Notes: generated by a model not told the origin, from the letters alone. A stretch of DNA of 63,998 nt, filler included, from Aduncisulcus paluster (GCA_024181965.1; 10 parts of 10 records of this genome joined end to end with filler, not necessarily neighbours in it); one strand, 5' to 3'; counted from the whole stretch's first letter, positions 22,063-34,422 are shown. Made by a program: numbers and translations.

Positions 22063-24699
22063 ATGGAATCCAAGGAGCCGGCCGATTATGAGTATATTGA
22101 AATAGGAAAAGGCAAATCAATCCATCCATTTCCAAATCATCGGACTTTAACCGAGGTTTTTTTCAATATCGCATCGACATATCCTGATCAGCCATATCTT
22201 GGTAAAAGAAAATATATTGGTGGAAAATTTGAGGGAGAGTATCATTTATTGTCATATTCTGAAGTTTTTCAGATTTGCCAGGACCTTGCTTGTGGTTTAG
22301 ATAAACTCTCGATTTGTGGAGTATCCAATTACCAAAATCCATCATCAATCGATGAAATTTCTGGAAAGGTTGATACTATCATGGATTTGAAGCTGAGACC
22401 TAAGGCTGCGATCATCAGTCGAAGCTGTATTGGATGGTCTATGGTTGATAATTGTTGCCAGATGGCTGGTGTAATTTCTGTCCCTGTTTATGATACCTCT
22501 AGTCCTGCTGATATTCAGTACATGATCAGTTTGACTGATGCTGAAATATTATTCATTTCGCCCACATTAGCTCACGTGTTCCCATTACTTTATGAATGTG
22601 AGAAAGTGAAACTCATCGTTGTCTTGGATGAAGATGAAGAGAAGAAAGAGTGGGTTGGGCAAAGAGAAGACCTTTTTGCCGATTCTTTGGCCCGGCTAGT
22701 TGCCTCACATTTCCCAGATTTATTTCCCCCCCCAGAACCCGTTGAATCTCTTCCAATTCTTTTTGAAAGAGTTCGTTCCAAGATGGAAATGGGTGCTTCT
22801 TCCTCCAAAGATGCTCCAACTCCAGCCAAATCGCCAATTTCTCTCCTTGGACCCAATGATGAAGACACTATAAAATTCATTGCCAATGGGGGTCGTTTTA
22901 TATCACTGAGTCAGTTGAGAGCCATTGGACGGACATCATACATTCCCCATAAAGATATTCATCCACTCACTCGTACCCATCCTATGCCTCTCCCAGATTC
23001 TGTCTTTACGATCATCTTCACCAGTGGAAGTACAGGTTATCCAAATGGTGCTGTCATTACTCACCGTGCCATGACCTATGCTTTGGCCCGGTTGCAACAG
23101 AGATGGCTTGATTGTGAGGACCAACGAGCCTTCATTTTCTTACCGCAAGCCCATGTATATCAGAGGTGCTTTGATGTCTTGACAACTTATTGTGCCGGAC
23201 AATTGCTCTTCTATAGCGGATCTTTGGCCACTATGGGATCAGATATGGAGGCTGCTATCCCCACACAGATGGCCCTTGTCCCCCGAGTTCTGGAGAAGAT
23301 TTATAATGGAGTTATGGCTACCCTCGAGAAAAAGGGAGCAATCGCCCAGCTGTTATATAAATGGTGTTTCAATTTGCAATTCAAGAGCATACAGAAACGT
23401 AAAAAGAGGAGTTGGTTCCCAGATGCCTTGGTTTTGAACAATATCAAGCGCAAAACAGGAGGAAAACTCACTATGATGTGCTGCGGTGCTGCTCCAATGT
23501 CCAAAGATCTTGCTATCTTCACTGAGGTTGCCATTGGAGGCCGTTTAATTGAAGGATATGGTGCCACAGAGACCTGTGCAGCCACTTGTGCAATGCAGGC
23601 TGGAGACGGTTACGATACGTTTGGGACGGTTGGAGACGTTATGTTCAACACGACTGTTCGTTTATGTGATGTTCCTGAGCTCGGATATTATGTAAATCCA
23701 GAGAAAGCAAAAGCCGAAGGAAAATCTCCAATCAATACCCTTCCCACCGGTGAGATCTTGATTGCTGGTCCTTGTTTGTTTGACCATTATCTCAAGAATC
23801 CAGAACATACCGCCGAATCGTTCACTTCTGATGGATTCTATCGCTCTGGAGATGTTGGAGAAATGACTTCCTGTGGAAAAGTCCGTATTGTTGACAGAAT
23901 CAAGAGTTTCTTTAAGCTTGCCCAGGGTGAATTCGTTGCAGCCGAGAAGATTGAGGTCTGTATCCGGAAGAGTTCTTTTATTGAGCAAGTGTATGTCAGT
24001 GGGAAAAGTACTGAAAGGTATATCGCAACTGTGATTGTTCCGAACATGATCTCTCTCCGCAAAGCTATGAGTAAGGTGTCTGTGAAGGCCAGTGAACACC
24101 ATCGCCGTGGAAAAGGAGAAGAGGAAGAAGAAGAGAAGGGTCACATCCCCCCCAAGGAGATAGAGTTCTCCAAGATGAATGATGCCGAGTTCCTTGCACA
24201 ACCCCGTGTCAAAGAAGCTATATTTGTCTCTGTCTTGAAACACTGCAGCGAGGATAAGCTGAAAGGATTTGAATTACCTCGTTATATGGTCATTGATCCC
24301 GTTAATTGGGAACCTGAGAGTGGGCTTGTGTCTCCAGCTCTCAAGATCCGTAGACCGCCTTTGAAGAAGTACTATGAGAGGTCCATCGATCGTTTATACA
24401 AGATTGCAAGAGCTGAAGAGGCCAGAAGACTGTCATCAACACCTGCTAAGAAGAAAGTTGATCCCAAATCACGCACTCATGCTCCTTCTTCTGTTTTCTC
24501 TGCAACCTCTGCTTCTTCCGTTTCTTCTGGTTCACACTTCAAGGAAATGGTTGGTTTTGAGAGTGAATTCCATGTTAAGGGAAGACATCTTGCTTGTATG
24601 CTTGATTTGAGGGCTTTTGGAACCCTTGAAGCTGTTGGAGCCATGACTGGAGGAGAAGGAGAAGTGAGAGGGAAGGTTGTCGTGAAAAAATCGATATGA
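22063..24699 (+). CDS. ACSL: Long-chain fatty acyl-CoA synthetase
   Basis: IIFTSGSTGYPNG, FLPQAHVYQR, EGYGATET, SGDVG, DRIKSFFKLAQGEFVAAEKIE. Confidence 0.93.
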   Translation: MESKEPADYEYIEIGKGKSIHPFPNHRTLTEVFFNIASTYPDQPYLGKRKYIGGKFEGEYHLLSYSEVFQICQDLACGLDKLSICGVSNYQNPSSIDEISGKVDTIMDLKLRPKAAIISRSCIGWSMVDNCCQMAGVISVPVYDTSSPADIQYMISLTDAEILFISPTLAHVFPLLYECEKVKLIVVLDEDEEKKEWVGQREDLFADSLARLVASHFPDLFPPPEPVESLPILFERVRSKMEMGASSSKDAPTPAKSPISLLGPNDEDTIKFIANGGRFISLSQLRAIGRTSYIPHKDIHPLTRTHPMPLPDSVFTIIFTSGSTGYPNGAVITHRAMTYALARLQQRWLDCEDQRAFIFLPQAHVYQRCFDVLTTYCAGQLLFYSGSLATMGSDMEAAIPTQMALVPRVLEKIYNGVMATLEKKGAIAQLLYKWCFNLQFKSIQKRKKRSWFPDALVLNNIKRKTGGKLTMMCCGAAPMSKDLAIFTEVAIGGRLIEGYGATETCAATCAMQAGDGYDTFGTVGDVMFNTTVRLCDVPELGYYVNPEKAKAEGKSPINTLPTGEILIAGPCLFDHYLKNPEHTAESFTSDGFYRSGDVGEMTSCGKVRIVDRIKSFFKLAQGEFVAAEKIEVCIRKSSFIEQVYVSGKSTERYIATVIVPNMISLRKAMSKVSVKASEHHRRGKGEEEEEEKGHIPPKEIEFSKMNDAEFLAQPRVKEAIFVSVLKHCSEDKLKGFELPRYMVIDPVNWEPESGLVSPALKIRRPPLKKYYERSIDRLYKIARAEEARRLSSTPAKKKVDPKSRTHAPSSVFSATSASSVSSGSHFKEMVGFESEFHVKGRHLACMLDLRAFGTLEAVGAMTGGEGEVRGKVVVKKSI

Positions 24700-25265
24700 G
24701 CTTACAAAACTACATAAAAAAATAGGTTTTGTTTCTATTTTTTTGGAATATTTTTGAGTTTTGGTTCCAGATTTTTTTATTCCTTTCTTCTCTCACTTTC
24801 TTTTCCATTCTCTTCCTTTCAAATCCTTTGTATTTGTTTTATTACTATTCTTTTCCTCTATATTATTATGATCACGAAAAATATTCGTCGACTCATTGTA
24901 TATTTTCGCCTTTTTATATTGATATGCCACATCATTATGTGCAATCACAATATCTGTTTGATTCCGAGTTTTTTCTCCTCTTTTTTACAATCTGCATTAA
25001 ATATCTCTGATATGATCATATTATGATCTTAGTATCAAGATATGTTTTAATAAATGAAATTCTTCCCCAAATGTTGTGATAGTGGCAATATGTCATGAGT
25101 CAGAAAATATGAATGCGGCAGTTCACTTCAACCTCTCCCTTTTCACACACTGTGTACTCGAGAACTCATATCAATGTAGTGACTGACAAATTAACGAAGA
25201 GAACAGGATATGGAGTCAATCATTATTGTAGAGTACCTATATTGACTCAAAGTATATTAGCTTTG

Positions 25266-27806
25266 TTATTTCTCAGTAATAAGATATGTTTGATATGAAA
25301 CCAATGAATCGTTACACGTTGGACATCTTTTAGCTTCTTTCCATCCCTCATCACAATGTATACACCATAATTCATGGCTGGCATCTTCCACGCCTTCTAC
25401 GTCTGTAAATTCTGTTCCTTTCTTGTATTTTACAACCTTTTTATCCTTTTTCTTAACTTCAAATACCCTTTTAGCCGTTTTCATGGCTATTTCCGAGATT
25501 AATTTTTTTTCAAACCAATAAGATAAGAGTTCATCCAGAGCTTCTTTTTCCTGTGAAGATACATTCATTGACATCACACGGCCATATTCACATGTTTCCA
25601 ATGATCTGATTCTTGATAACAGTGAAGGAACATGGAAATGAGGGAATTTCCAGATAGCCATGTCTTTTGGGAATCTTTCATCTCCTTCTTCCTCCTCATC
25701 TTTCTCTCCCTCTTCTTCCTTGGATTTCTCGCTTCCATCCTGTTCTCCACGTCCAATTCCTCCATATCCCCATACTCCCATAGTGGAACATTCCATTTTG
25801 GACAGAGTGTCTCTCACAGGAGATATCCTGAGAGTGACTGCTGTCACAAGAAGCGGATGGGGTGATAAAATACAGATTCCGATGTGATCAGACATGACAG
25901 AGAAAGAGGGCAGGAAAGAATCGAATACATCGCTATGTTTACAACCAATGGATCCATCTTGGTGCTTCGACTGAATATCCTTCAACACATCAACCATATC
26001 TCCATTCATTCGCATCATGTGTTTTGAGACATTCCCGCTCTTACAAAAACAGCGATCACTCGGCTTATCTTGGCCTTCTTTCACAAGACCATCACAGATA
26101 CACAGACAGAAGGGATTTGGGAGGATTGAGTGGAGAATCACAATCGAGGGTGTTAACACATGGGTGTGGATCATGATTCCAGATTCAGTCAGTGCAAAAA
26201 CATCACCAGCAGCGGTAACAGAGATATCTACGAAAATGGGGAAAGAAGAGGGCTGGAAGAGGGGTGAGAAGAATTGAAAATTCTTAACACTTTCAGAATG
26301 GCCCTCCTCACACTCTCCAATAACGATTTCTCCACTCTCTCTGAGAGATTCAAGATATAAAGGCAAAGGTACACCTGCTGGCATATCCTTCACCCTATCC
26401 ATCCCAAGCCACTCTGAAGCAGTCCTTTGTTCTGTTGCATCAGCTTTCTTAAACGATAAATTGAACATTCTGCTCTTATTGTCCATGATGACAATTGTTC
26501 CCATTGGGAGACAGTATGCAATACAATCTTTCCCATCAAGTTTACACCAGTCGATGGCTACAACACGAGGGGAAAACGAAGGTGGACATGACGAATCAAG
26601 TAAATTAATGGCACGAAACGATGCGTGTTTCTCAGAAGGGACCGATTCATCTGGTTCTCCTTTCCTCCTCCTCTTTCCCATCTTTGTGAGTTTCAGAGGA
26701 AACAGAATCACTATCCATACGAATAATAACAACAGAACAATCACAACATGCACAAATACATCCAGGAATGGGACCTTTCAATGGAGTAATGGCTGTGAGA
26801 GGAGCTGGAAGGATGAAGTAGAATATCAACTCGACAGACAAAGTGGAATCAATTGATGGCTTCAGGACATATAAAACATTATTGCTGCAAACAAGGAACA
26901 AATATTCATTATATCCCGAAATATGAGTTACAACTGGAGTATAAGGAGGAAATAGAATCTCATTATCTATTTCATTTTCATCATCTTTCTTAGGTGATGA
27001 TTTCGATGAAGACCGAGCTTTGGATCTGGAAACCTTCTTTTTTTTTGGAATTGGAATTGGAACAGAATCAAGACGAAACAACTTATCTTCACTACTAGCA
27101 ATGGCCACAGTTCCATATTGGGAGAGTCCAACAATACAAGGAACATCATAACCTTTAATATTGATCAGGCAAGTGTCAAAAAACAAACCATCTTGCGTAG
27201 ATTCCCCAACAACAAAGCACGCCGTCTTTAGAGNNNNNNNNNNNNNNNNNNNNTCCCGAAATATGAGTTACAACTGGAGTATAAGGAGGAAATAGAATCT
27301 CATTATCTATTTCATTTTCATCATCTTTCTTAGGTGATGATTTCGATGAAGACCGAGCTTTGGATCTGGAAACCTTCTTTTTTTTTTGGAATTGGAATTG
27401 GAACAGAATCAAGACGAAACAACTTATCTTCACTACTAGCAATGGCCACAGTTCCATATTGGGAGAGTCCAACAATACAAGGAACATCATAACCTTTAAT
27501 ATTGATCAGGCAAGTGTCCAAAAACAAACCATCTTGCGTAGATTCCCCAACAACAAAGCACGCCGTCTTTAGAGCATCTGAACATCGGTGAGCAGGTATA
27601 ATATGCTTTGTTTTCGGCGCATACGTTTCCTTTTGACCAAAAAATTTCTTTGAAGATATGAAATATTCTAAAAATGCATCAGAATCAAGGGAGCTGAGAT
27701 TCGTTGTGTGATATAACCCGACTCCATAGTGTGTACACATTGAAACATATCCATTATTAGATAAAAAGCAAGAATACCTTGAACTTCGAACTAAACATCT
27801 ATTCAT
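25266..27806 (-). CDS. Hypothetical beta-propeller-like protein with a C-terminal CxxC..CxxC; fragmented by a gap duplication and an apparent frameshift near 26660
   Basis: Three collinear ORFs; ~26914..27233 duplicated at 27254..27574 (T9 vs T10); ends WCIHCD...RCPTC. Confidence 0.55.
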
Positions 27807-28187
27807 TGGAGAGATAAGCGAAAAAAATTCTTCATTGGTCAGCTTCCCATCAAAAGTTAATTATTTTCCAAATTTCTGGATAGAAATATTGACTTTATTT
27901 AGTTTCAACCTTATTTTATCGTTTTTCAATTCAATGAAATTGGTTTCTTTACAGATATAAAAGCTGATTTCACATCAAATGAAAATCACCGATCCAAGAA
28001 TTTTTTCCAGTATTATTATTTCTTTTCTTGATTTTTATTGTCGTGACCGAATACTGTATTTCTGGAATTGAAGTTTCTTGAAAACAATGATCTATAAATA
28101 ACACCGATCCGTTTTGCTCACCTCCTACACTTAACAGAAGTAATTTAATTTTAATTTATTAACTTAATCTCATAAAAAATTAAAATT

Positions 28188-29711
28188 ATGAACAAAAAAA
28201 TTCTATTTACAATTTTTTGTATTTTTTTGATGAGCATCAATCCTGCCTTTGCCATGGATGAAATCGTCGAAAAAGAAACTGAAACATTTGATCCAGCATT
28301 ACTTCACTCAGCCACGGGTATAATATCAATCGTGGTGTTTTTAGTCGCCTATATTTTTGTTATCCTCGAAGAAAAGCTCCACTTACGGAAAAGCAAGCCC
28401 ATGTTGCTTGCTGGAGGTATAATTTGGATTCTTGTTGCAGCTCAGTATGCCAGCATGGACGATAAAGAGACAGCTCACGATGCCATTCAAGATACCTTGT
28501 TGGAATATGCTGAATTGCTCCTCTTTTTCCTTGTGGCCATGACCTACATCAATGCCATGGAAGAGAGAAATGTATTTCAGAGACTTCGTGTGTGGTTGAT
28601 TGGGAAAGGATATTCCTTGAGAGTTGTTTTTTGGATCACCGGTCTCCTTGCCTTCTTTATTTCCCCTATTGCTGATAATCTTACCACTGCTCTTCTCATG
28701 GGAACTGTTACAATTGCTGTTGGTGGAGATAAACCTAAATTTGTCACCGTAGCTTGTATTAATATTGTTGTTGCTGCAAATGCTGGTGGAGCCTTCTCTC
28801 CTTTCGGAGACATTACCACTCTCATGGTTTGGCAAGAGGAAATTCTTCAATTTGAACAGTTCTTCGCACTTTTCGTTCCCTCATTAGTCAATTGGTTAAT
28901 TCCTGCCTTTATCATGAACTTTTCTCTTGGTAGTGAACCTTCTGATGAAATTACTGAGAAAATTGAGATTAAACTTGGCGGTAAGGGCATTGTATTCCTG
29001 TTTATTTGTACCGTTGCCACTGCTGTATGCTTCCATAGTTTCTTACACCTCCCTCCCGCCGCTGGTATGATGCTTGGGCTTGGTTATCTTGGTGTCTTCT
29101 CACATTGGCTTAAATACAAAGAAATGCGTATGGATCAGCTTGATCCTATTCTTGGAGAAGAGCAAGAAGCTATTCCTGTGCGCCACCGTGACCTTCAGCT
29201 GGTTATTGATTCTGCTATTACCGATGTTGAAGAAATTGTCACTGATCCCCATGGCAACAAGGCTTCTCCATACTTTGACATGATGCGTAAAGTTGCCAGA
29301 GCCGAGTGGGATACCCTTCTTTTCTTCTATGGTGTGTATATGTGTGTTGGTGGTATTTCTCTTTTTGGTTACCTTACTGAGGTATCCAACTATATGTATG
29401 TTGAGCACGGTGCTTCCTTTGCGAACATTTGTGTTGGTGTTCTCGCTGCCCTCTTTGGAAACATCCCCATTATGTATGCCGTGATTACCATGCGCCCTGA
29501 GATGGCCGATGGTCAATGGGCCCTCGTTACTCTCACTGCTGGTGTTGGAGGAAGTCTTCTCTCCATTGGTTCAGCCGCTGGTGTTGCTCTCATGGGAACA
29601 TCTCAAGGTGCCTACTCTTTCATGTCTCACTTGAAATGGGCCTGGGCCATTGTTCTTGGATACGCTGCCAGTATTGGTGTTCATTTCTTAATCAATGCCA
29701 AGACCTTCTGA
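28188..29711 (+). CDS. nhaD: NhaD-type Na+/H+ antiporter, bacterial-like
   Basis: LEEKLHLRKSKP, SPIADNLTTALLM, VVAANAGGAFSPFGDITTLMVWQ, EWDTLLFFYG, LTAGVGGSLLSIGSAAGVALMG; many TM helices. Confidence 0.92.
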   Translation: MNKKILFTIFCIFLMSINPAFAMDEIVEKETETFDPALLHSATGIISIVVFLVAYIFVILEEKLHLRKSKPMLLAGGIIWILVAAQYASMDDKETAHDAIQDTLLEYAELLLFFLVAMTYINAMEERNVFQRLRVWLIGKGYSLRVVFWITGLLAFFISPIADNLTTALLMGTVTIAVGGDKPKFVTVACINIVVAANAGGAFSPFGDITTLMVWQEEILQFEQFFALFVPSLVNWLIPAFIMNFSLGSEPSDEITEKIEIKLGGKGIVFLFICTVATAVCFHSFLHLPPAAGMMLGLGYLGVFSHWLKYKEMRMDQLDPILGEEQEAIPVRHRDLQLVIDSAITDVEEIVTDPHGNKASPYFDMMRKVARAEWDTLLFFYGVYMCVGGISLFGYLTEVSNYMYVEHGASFANICVGVLAALFGNIPIMYAVITMRPEMADGQWALVTLTAGVGGSLLSIGSAAGVALMGTSQGAYSFMSHLKWAWAIVLGYAASIGVHFLINAKTF

Positions 29712-30498
29712 GTGAGACTACGTCTGTCATATTTATTAGATTGTCGTTCGATTCTAATATAGGTTCTCAAGTATGGATAAGTTGAAGTTATGGAACTTGT
29801 TGTTGAATCGACCTGATTTATGTCATATGAATTTGGATATTATTTATTTTTTGATAAATTCGTTAATTCGAATCAACCCGGTTCGTGTCTTTCTCTTTTT
29901 CTTTGTTGCATTTTGTTCATTGTTCTGATTTTGAAACATAAATTTCAAAATGACCCATATTCATAATTTTTACAACTTACTATGGGGCTTTGAGTAATTT
30001 GTAATAAAGACAAAGAATTCCATTAGGTAATTTTCAACAAAAATAAATCTAGAAACCGTTTCCTGTGATGACAACCGGCATTCCCGGCTGTACCGGTCAC
30101 TACCTCCAAAAACACCAAATAAATTTGCTATCCGCCGTTTATACGGTCAATACATGGACATTTTCAGAACAAGTTGTGAAGAGTATGTATCATAACAACC
30201 CATGAAGCAGGAGATCCAAGTCCAATCAAATGCAAATGGGAGAAATAAATAAGTCGATAAAAATATTGGAAGCGTTGGCACGCGAGAGAAATTGAAAAAA
30301 TAGTTACTCCAAGCTCCAATTGGATGATCAATTGTGACAATAGAAACAAGGTCAAAGTGATCAAAGGGAATGTCCATATTCAAGCACTTCCAATTGGAGC
30401 TCATATTGAAGCAAATGAAAAGATATTCGTGAATTTTAGACCAATGAATCAATATATCATCTCAATTCTGTCGATGTTTCCTTGTTTCTGAAATAGGA

Positions 30499-33072
30499 TC
30501 ATTTCTCAGACTCATTGTTCTGCAATTCAACACAGATTGTGGCGAATTCGCAACATTTTACGGCCTCAATGATAATTTTTTTGGCCTTCGTAAGAAAAGA
30601 TGGGATCCGATCAAGGAGATCTTTCGCTTCGAAACAATTTGGGAAAACAACGCAATGCTTATGATCTGAAATTGATCCAAATGATTCCATCATTATTTTG
30701 GATGGGTCATTTGAAGATAGGGGGTCGGATTGCTTTTGTTGACCCTCATGATCACCTGAGTGAGAAAGTTTGGGTTCTATTTTGGAATTGTGAAGCGCCA
30801 ATTTCTTTGATTTTTCAAGATAAGACGGATTGGAGAGAATCTTTTTCACCATTCGGGTCTCATCATATGCTTTTTGGAAAGAGTCAACGTCAACAAGAAC
30901 ACGACGTTTAAAGGATTTTTCCTTTTTGGTCGGAGTATCTATTTTTAGAAGAGAGAAAGATACAGACTTTTCGGATGAAGATCTTGATGGGGTTCTTTCT
31001 TTTGATTGTCCTTTGCCAGAAGAATCTCGAGTTAAAGTTGATCTTTCTTCTTGTACCAGAGCTTGAAGAATATCATCATCCTTTTCACTATTTTTGATAG
31101 CAATCTGTCTCTTAACACCAGTGGAGATGAGTCTTTGTCTCCTTTCATTGTACTGACGAATTCTTTCCTGCCTTTCACGTTTCACATACAATTGCCTCAA
31201 TTTATCATAAAACACCTCCAAAGATCCAATTTGTTGTGAAAGATCAGGCAATAAACCAGCAATAGACTCACATTCATCGAATAACATATCAAGAAGTCCA
31301 AATTTAGAATCAGAGTGACTCTGAGAATCAGAATGAGGGAGTGAGATGAAAGAATAAAGGTGTGCTGAGAGAGATAACGGAGGAGTAATACTATTATTGC
31401 TGCTTGAAGCAACTCTCTCCGAACCCAACTCCTTTCCAGGCTCAGCATGATCAACACTATCCTCTTCAATTTCATCTATCTTGTCTTCTTCTTTCTCGGC
31501 AACTTCCTTTAGTTTTTCATCAGTCTGTTCTCCAGAGACTGAATTACTGGCATCTTTACCGGCATCTTTACCGGCATCTTCATCGGTATCTTCTTGTTCA
31601 CCAAGTCCCATGTGAAGAAATAATCCCTCACTGAATTCATCATCATTATCGTTTTCTGCCATCATCTTTTCAAACAGAGCATCTTCTTCAGCTCGAAGAA
31701 TGAGTTGACGTCTCTCCTCTTCCTCTTCAAGGAGTTGAATACGCTTGAGCTCTCTGACTTTTGATGCCTCGATGCAAGCAGAATGTTCCTCAGCAAGATC
31801 ACAGAGATTGGCGTGAATATCCTTAATTGAGTCAATGTGTATTCGCATGGTATCACATACCGGTTTAACCAAAGAATAGCCAGTCTCAGTCGATTTGAGA
31901 ACCTGTTCGAAAAGAATAGTCTGTTGAAGATGAGAAGGAAGATGGATATTCGATTTTGACCCACCATGTAAGGAAGATGAGGAAATAAGAGATAACTTAC
32001 TTGGGTCAAGTGAAACAATAGAATTTAATATGTGAGCTAAAGATGACATCTTGAGAAACTCTTCAATCCGAAATAAAACGTCTCGAATCTCTTTCGAAGG
32101 AATTGAGATTTGAGGGACACTTTTACCTGTTGATGATGATTTAGGAGAGCATTTCTTCAGTTCCCGTAACACAAGGGCTCGAATCGTTAAACATATTGGA
32201 CAATTAATAAGATTTGAGCAGATGTCTTCAACAACTTTCATCCATTTGGAATCAGGGGATGATTTTGAAGAACAACAGACATCTAATATTCGCAAAAGAG
32301 AAAGATAACATTGTAATATAAATAAAAATCTCCCTTTTCGCTCATTATTTGTAAAGCACCGAAGATATTCGAGAAAGAAGTATTTTTTGGATTCGTCGAT
32401 CGATTGAATGTAAATATCATAATATTTCCCTTGATGAGCAATGGAATGGAAAGAACTGGCTTCTTTCAGACTGAATACTTGAAAAATCGCATCCTTTGAC
32501 AATTCACAAGTAACAGATATGAGGGAAAGAACGACACGAACAAAAGATTGTGGAGATTTTAGAACTGATATCGTTCTAATAAGGGAAGAACTTAAGAAAA
32601 TATAACCTGAATCTCGAAATTTATGTGACAAACTTGCACAGAATCCCCATACTAGCAATGATAATGAGGTTGAAAAGAATAAAGGATTCTCTTGATATTG
32701 AATCAATGGTTTCTTGCGAGAAAGAAAATAATTTAACTGTACGGATGAAGATCTATGGAAGATAAGGTCGGTTCCTTGTTTAGAGCGAATTGGAATAAAT
32801 TTAATAATTTGACTAGGGAGTAATGTTGCCAATTGATGTTTATCATCGATTATTTTTGTCATTTCTATAATATCTTTAAAGCCACGATATATATCACGAT
32901 CTATTTTAAACAAACTAATACGCTGAATAATTTGTTTTAATTCGGGAAGATTTGCCACTAATATGGTCTCAGTCTTTCTTTTAAGATGTTTCATGGGAAC
33001 TAAATTTTCAGAGAACCATGATACCAGAAAAAAACATGGATATTTTGAAGAGAAAGTTCCATAATGAATCAT
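30499..33072 (-). CDS. Hypothetical helical/coiled-coil protein
   Basis: 857-aa ORF with an acidic central region; the true start may be MKHLKRK. Confidence 0.7.
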   Translation of the reverse strand: MIHYGTFSSKYPCFFLVSWFSENLVPMKHLKRKTETILVANLPELKQIIQRISLFKIDRDIYRGFKDIIEMTKIIDDKHQLATLLPSQIIKFIPIRSKQGTDLIFHRSSSVQLNYFLSRKKPLIQYQENPLFFSTSLSLLVWGFCASLSHKFRDSGYIFLSSSLIRTISVLKSPQSFVRVVLSLISVTCELSKDAIFQVFSLKEASSFHSIAHQGKYYDIYIQSIDESKKYFFLEYLRCFTNNERKGRFLFILQCYLSLLRILDVCCSSKSSPDSKWMKVVEDICSNLINCPICLTIRALVLRELKKCSPKSSSTGKSVPQISIPSKEIRDVLFRIEEFLKMSSLAHILNSIVSLDPSKLSLISSSSLHGGSKSNIHLPSHLQQTILFEQVLKSTETGYSLVKPVCDTMRIHIDSIKDIHANLCDLAEEHSACIEASKVRELKRIQLLEEEEERRQLILRAEEDALFEKMMAENDNDDEFSEGLFLHMGLGEQEDTDEDAGKDAGKDASNSVSGEQTDEKLKEVAEKEEDKIDEIEEDSVDHAEPGKELGSERVASSSNNSITPPLSLSAHLYSFISLPHSDSQSHSDSKFGLLDMLFDECESIAGLLPDLSQQIGSLEVFYDKLRQLYVKRERQERIRQYNERRQRLISTGVKRQIAIKNSEKDDDILQALVQEERSTLTRDSSGKGQSKERTPSRSSSEKSVSFSLLKIDTPTKKEKSFKRRVLVDVDSFQKAYDETRMVKKILSNPSYLEKSKKLALHNSKIEPKLSHSGDHEGQQKQSDPLSSNDPSKIMMESFGSISDHKHCVVFPNCFEAKDLLDRIPSFLTKAKKIIIEAVKCCEFATICVELQNNESEK

Positions 33073-33201
33073 TATACATATTATTTTTTAATTTGTGTAT
33101 CATATCTAATTTTATTATTAAAATCTCAATACTAGCTTATTTTCATTCCCAAATTCGATTTTGGCGGATTTCGTTGACATAGAGTTAAAAACAAAAAGAC
33201 A

Positions 33202-34422
33202 ATGGATCAGTTATATTCATTTCTTAAAGAAAAGGATCAATATGAAGGTGTGATACGTGATATTGACGGAATGCTAAAGAAATTGGATTGTTGGGATGCG
33301 CAGAAAAAATATGGTATGTTATATTGATTATTTCTTCTTGCAAATGCCATAAATTTTTAGTTTTAATGCTTTTAATATTGTTTGTTCTTTATTTTAATAG
33401 ATTTGCTCAAGTTAGATTGTGATCGATTAGGGTCTTCTCTTCGAGAGGCAAAATCAAAGAATGATAAATTATCCATTGAAATATCATCTTTGAAGGAAGA
33501 AAAATCCAGAAATAGTGATCTTACTTCCTTTATGAGTGAATTCAGAAGAGGGCTTGATAGAATCGATCATCTTGCAACTGTCATTGCCATTTCACCATAT
33601 GATAGAGCTAGATCTTATCCTCAAGCGTCCATTCCAAAACCTCCTGTGCGAGCAAGGGTATTAGCTCAGCATGAGATTGAGGAAGATCCTTCTCCCATTC
33701 CTCCACACCCTGTTAGTGGAGCACCTTCTCAAAGATCCAATAATAGCACAAGGCAGTATTCCAAATTATCTGCACACTCTACCTCCAAAAGAAGAACCTC
33801 CAAGCATTTGTATCCCTCAAGTCCAGAAGAGGTTGCATACCCCTCAAGTGAAGAAGAACAGACCGCCAGTGGTCTCTCCACGGATAATACAGCAGATGTA
33901 TTTGGAAGATTACTATCAAAGAGACGAAAGAATCCAAAGTAGAATGCCAATTTATATCTATGTTGACGTTTATGAAAGGGAGTTAAAGAAGAAAGATTCC
34001 GAATCTGTTTTGATTTCAAAGGAGACTTCACGCGTTAAAGATCAATTATCTAAAGCTGAATCGATCATCTCCGATCTTCGTCGCCAACTGATTGATCAAA
34101 AATCTATGAATCAGAGTATTGAATTGGCCCATGCTCAACACTCCTTGCCCAAAGTTCAGAAAGAACTAGCCGATATGCAATTAGCACACGATAAACTTGC
34201 TGAAGAAAACAAAAGGCTTAGATTGACCATTTCACACTCTACAAAACATACTTCCAGCACTCATGATGAATTTGCCATGAAAGTGATACAACTCTCAAAA
34301 GATCTGGATCTTCAGGTCGGTAAAACATCATTTTTACAGAAAGAATTGGATTATGAAAGAGCTCAGCGTAAGAGACTCGAAGATACAATAACAGAACTTC
34401 AGACTCAAAAGGCGTTGTTATC
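33202..34422 (+). CDS. Coiled-coil hypothetical protein; intron 33314-33400; second intron (33939-33978) or frameshift; 3' partial
   Basis: ATG at 33202 opens MDQLYSFLKE..KKY; G|GTATGT...TAATAG|AT joins the 33382 ORF; the downstream coiled-coil ORF is in another frame. Confidence 0.7.

Noticed and set aside
25266-25400. TFIIIC subunit assignment from the C-terminal zinc finger
   Set aside because: The architecture is compatible but the sequence evidence is too weak without a profile search
26640-26690. Programmed frameshift or overlapping genes in the 25.3-27.8 kb gene
   Set aside because: The break lies in a GAG/AAG low-complexity run and nearby duplicates show indel errors; a sequencing error is simpler
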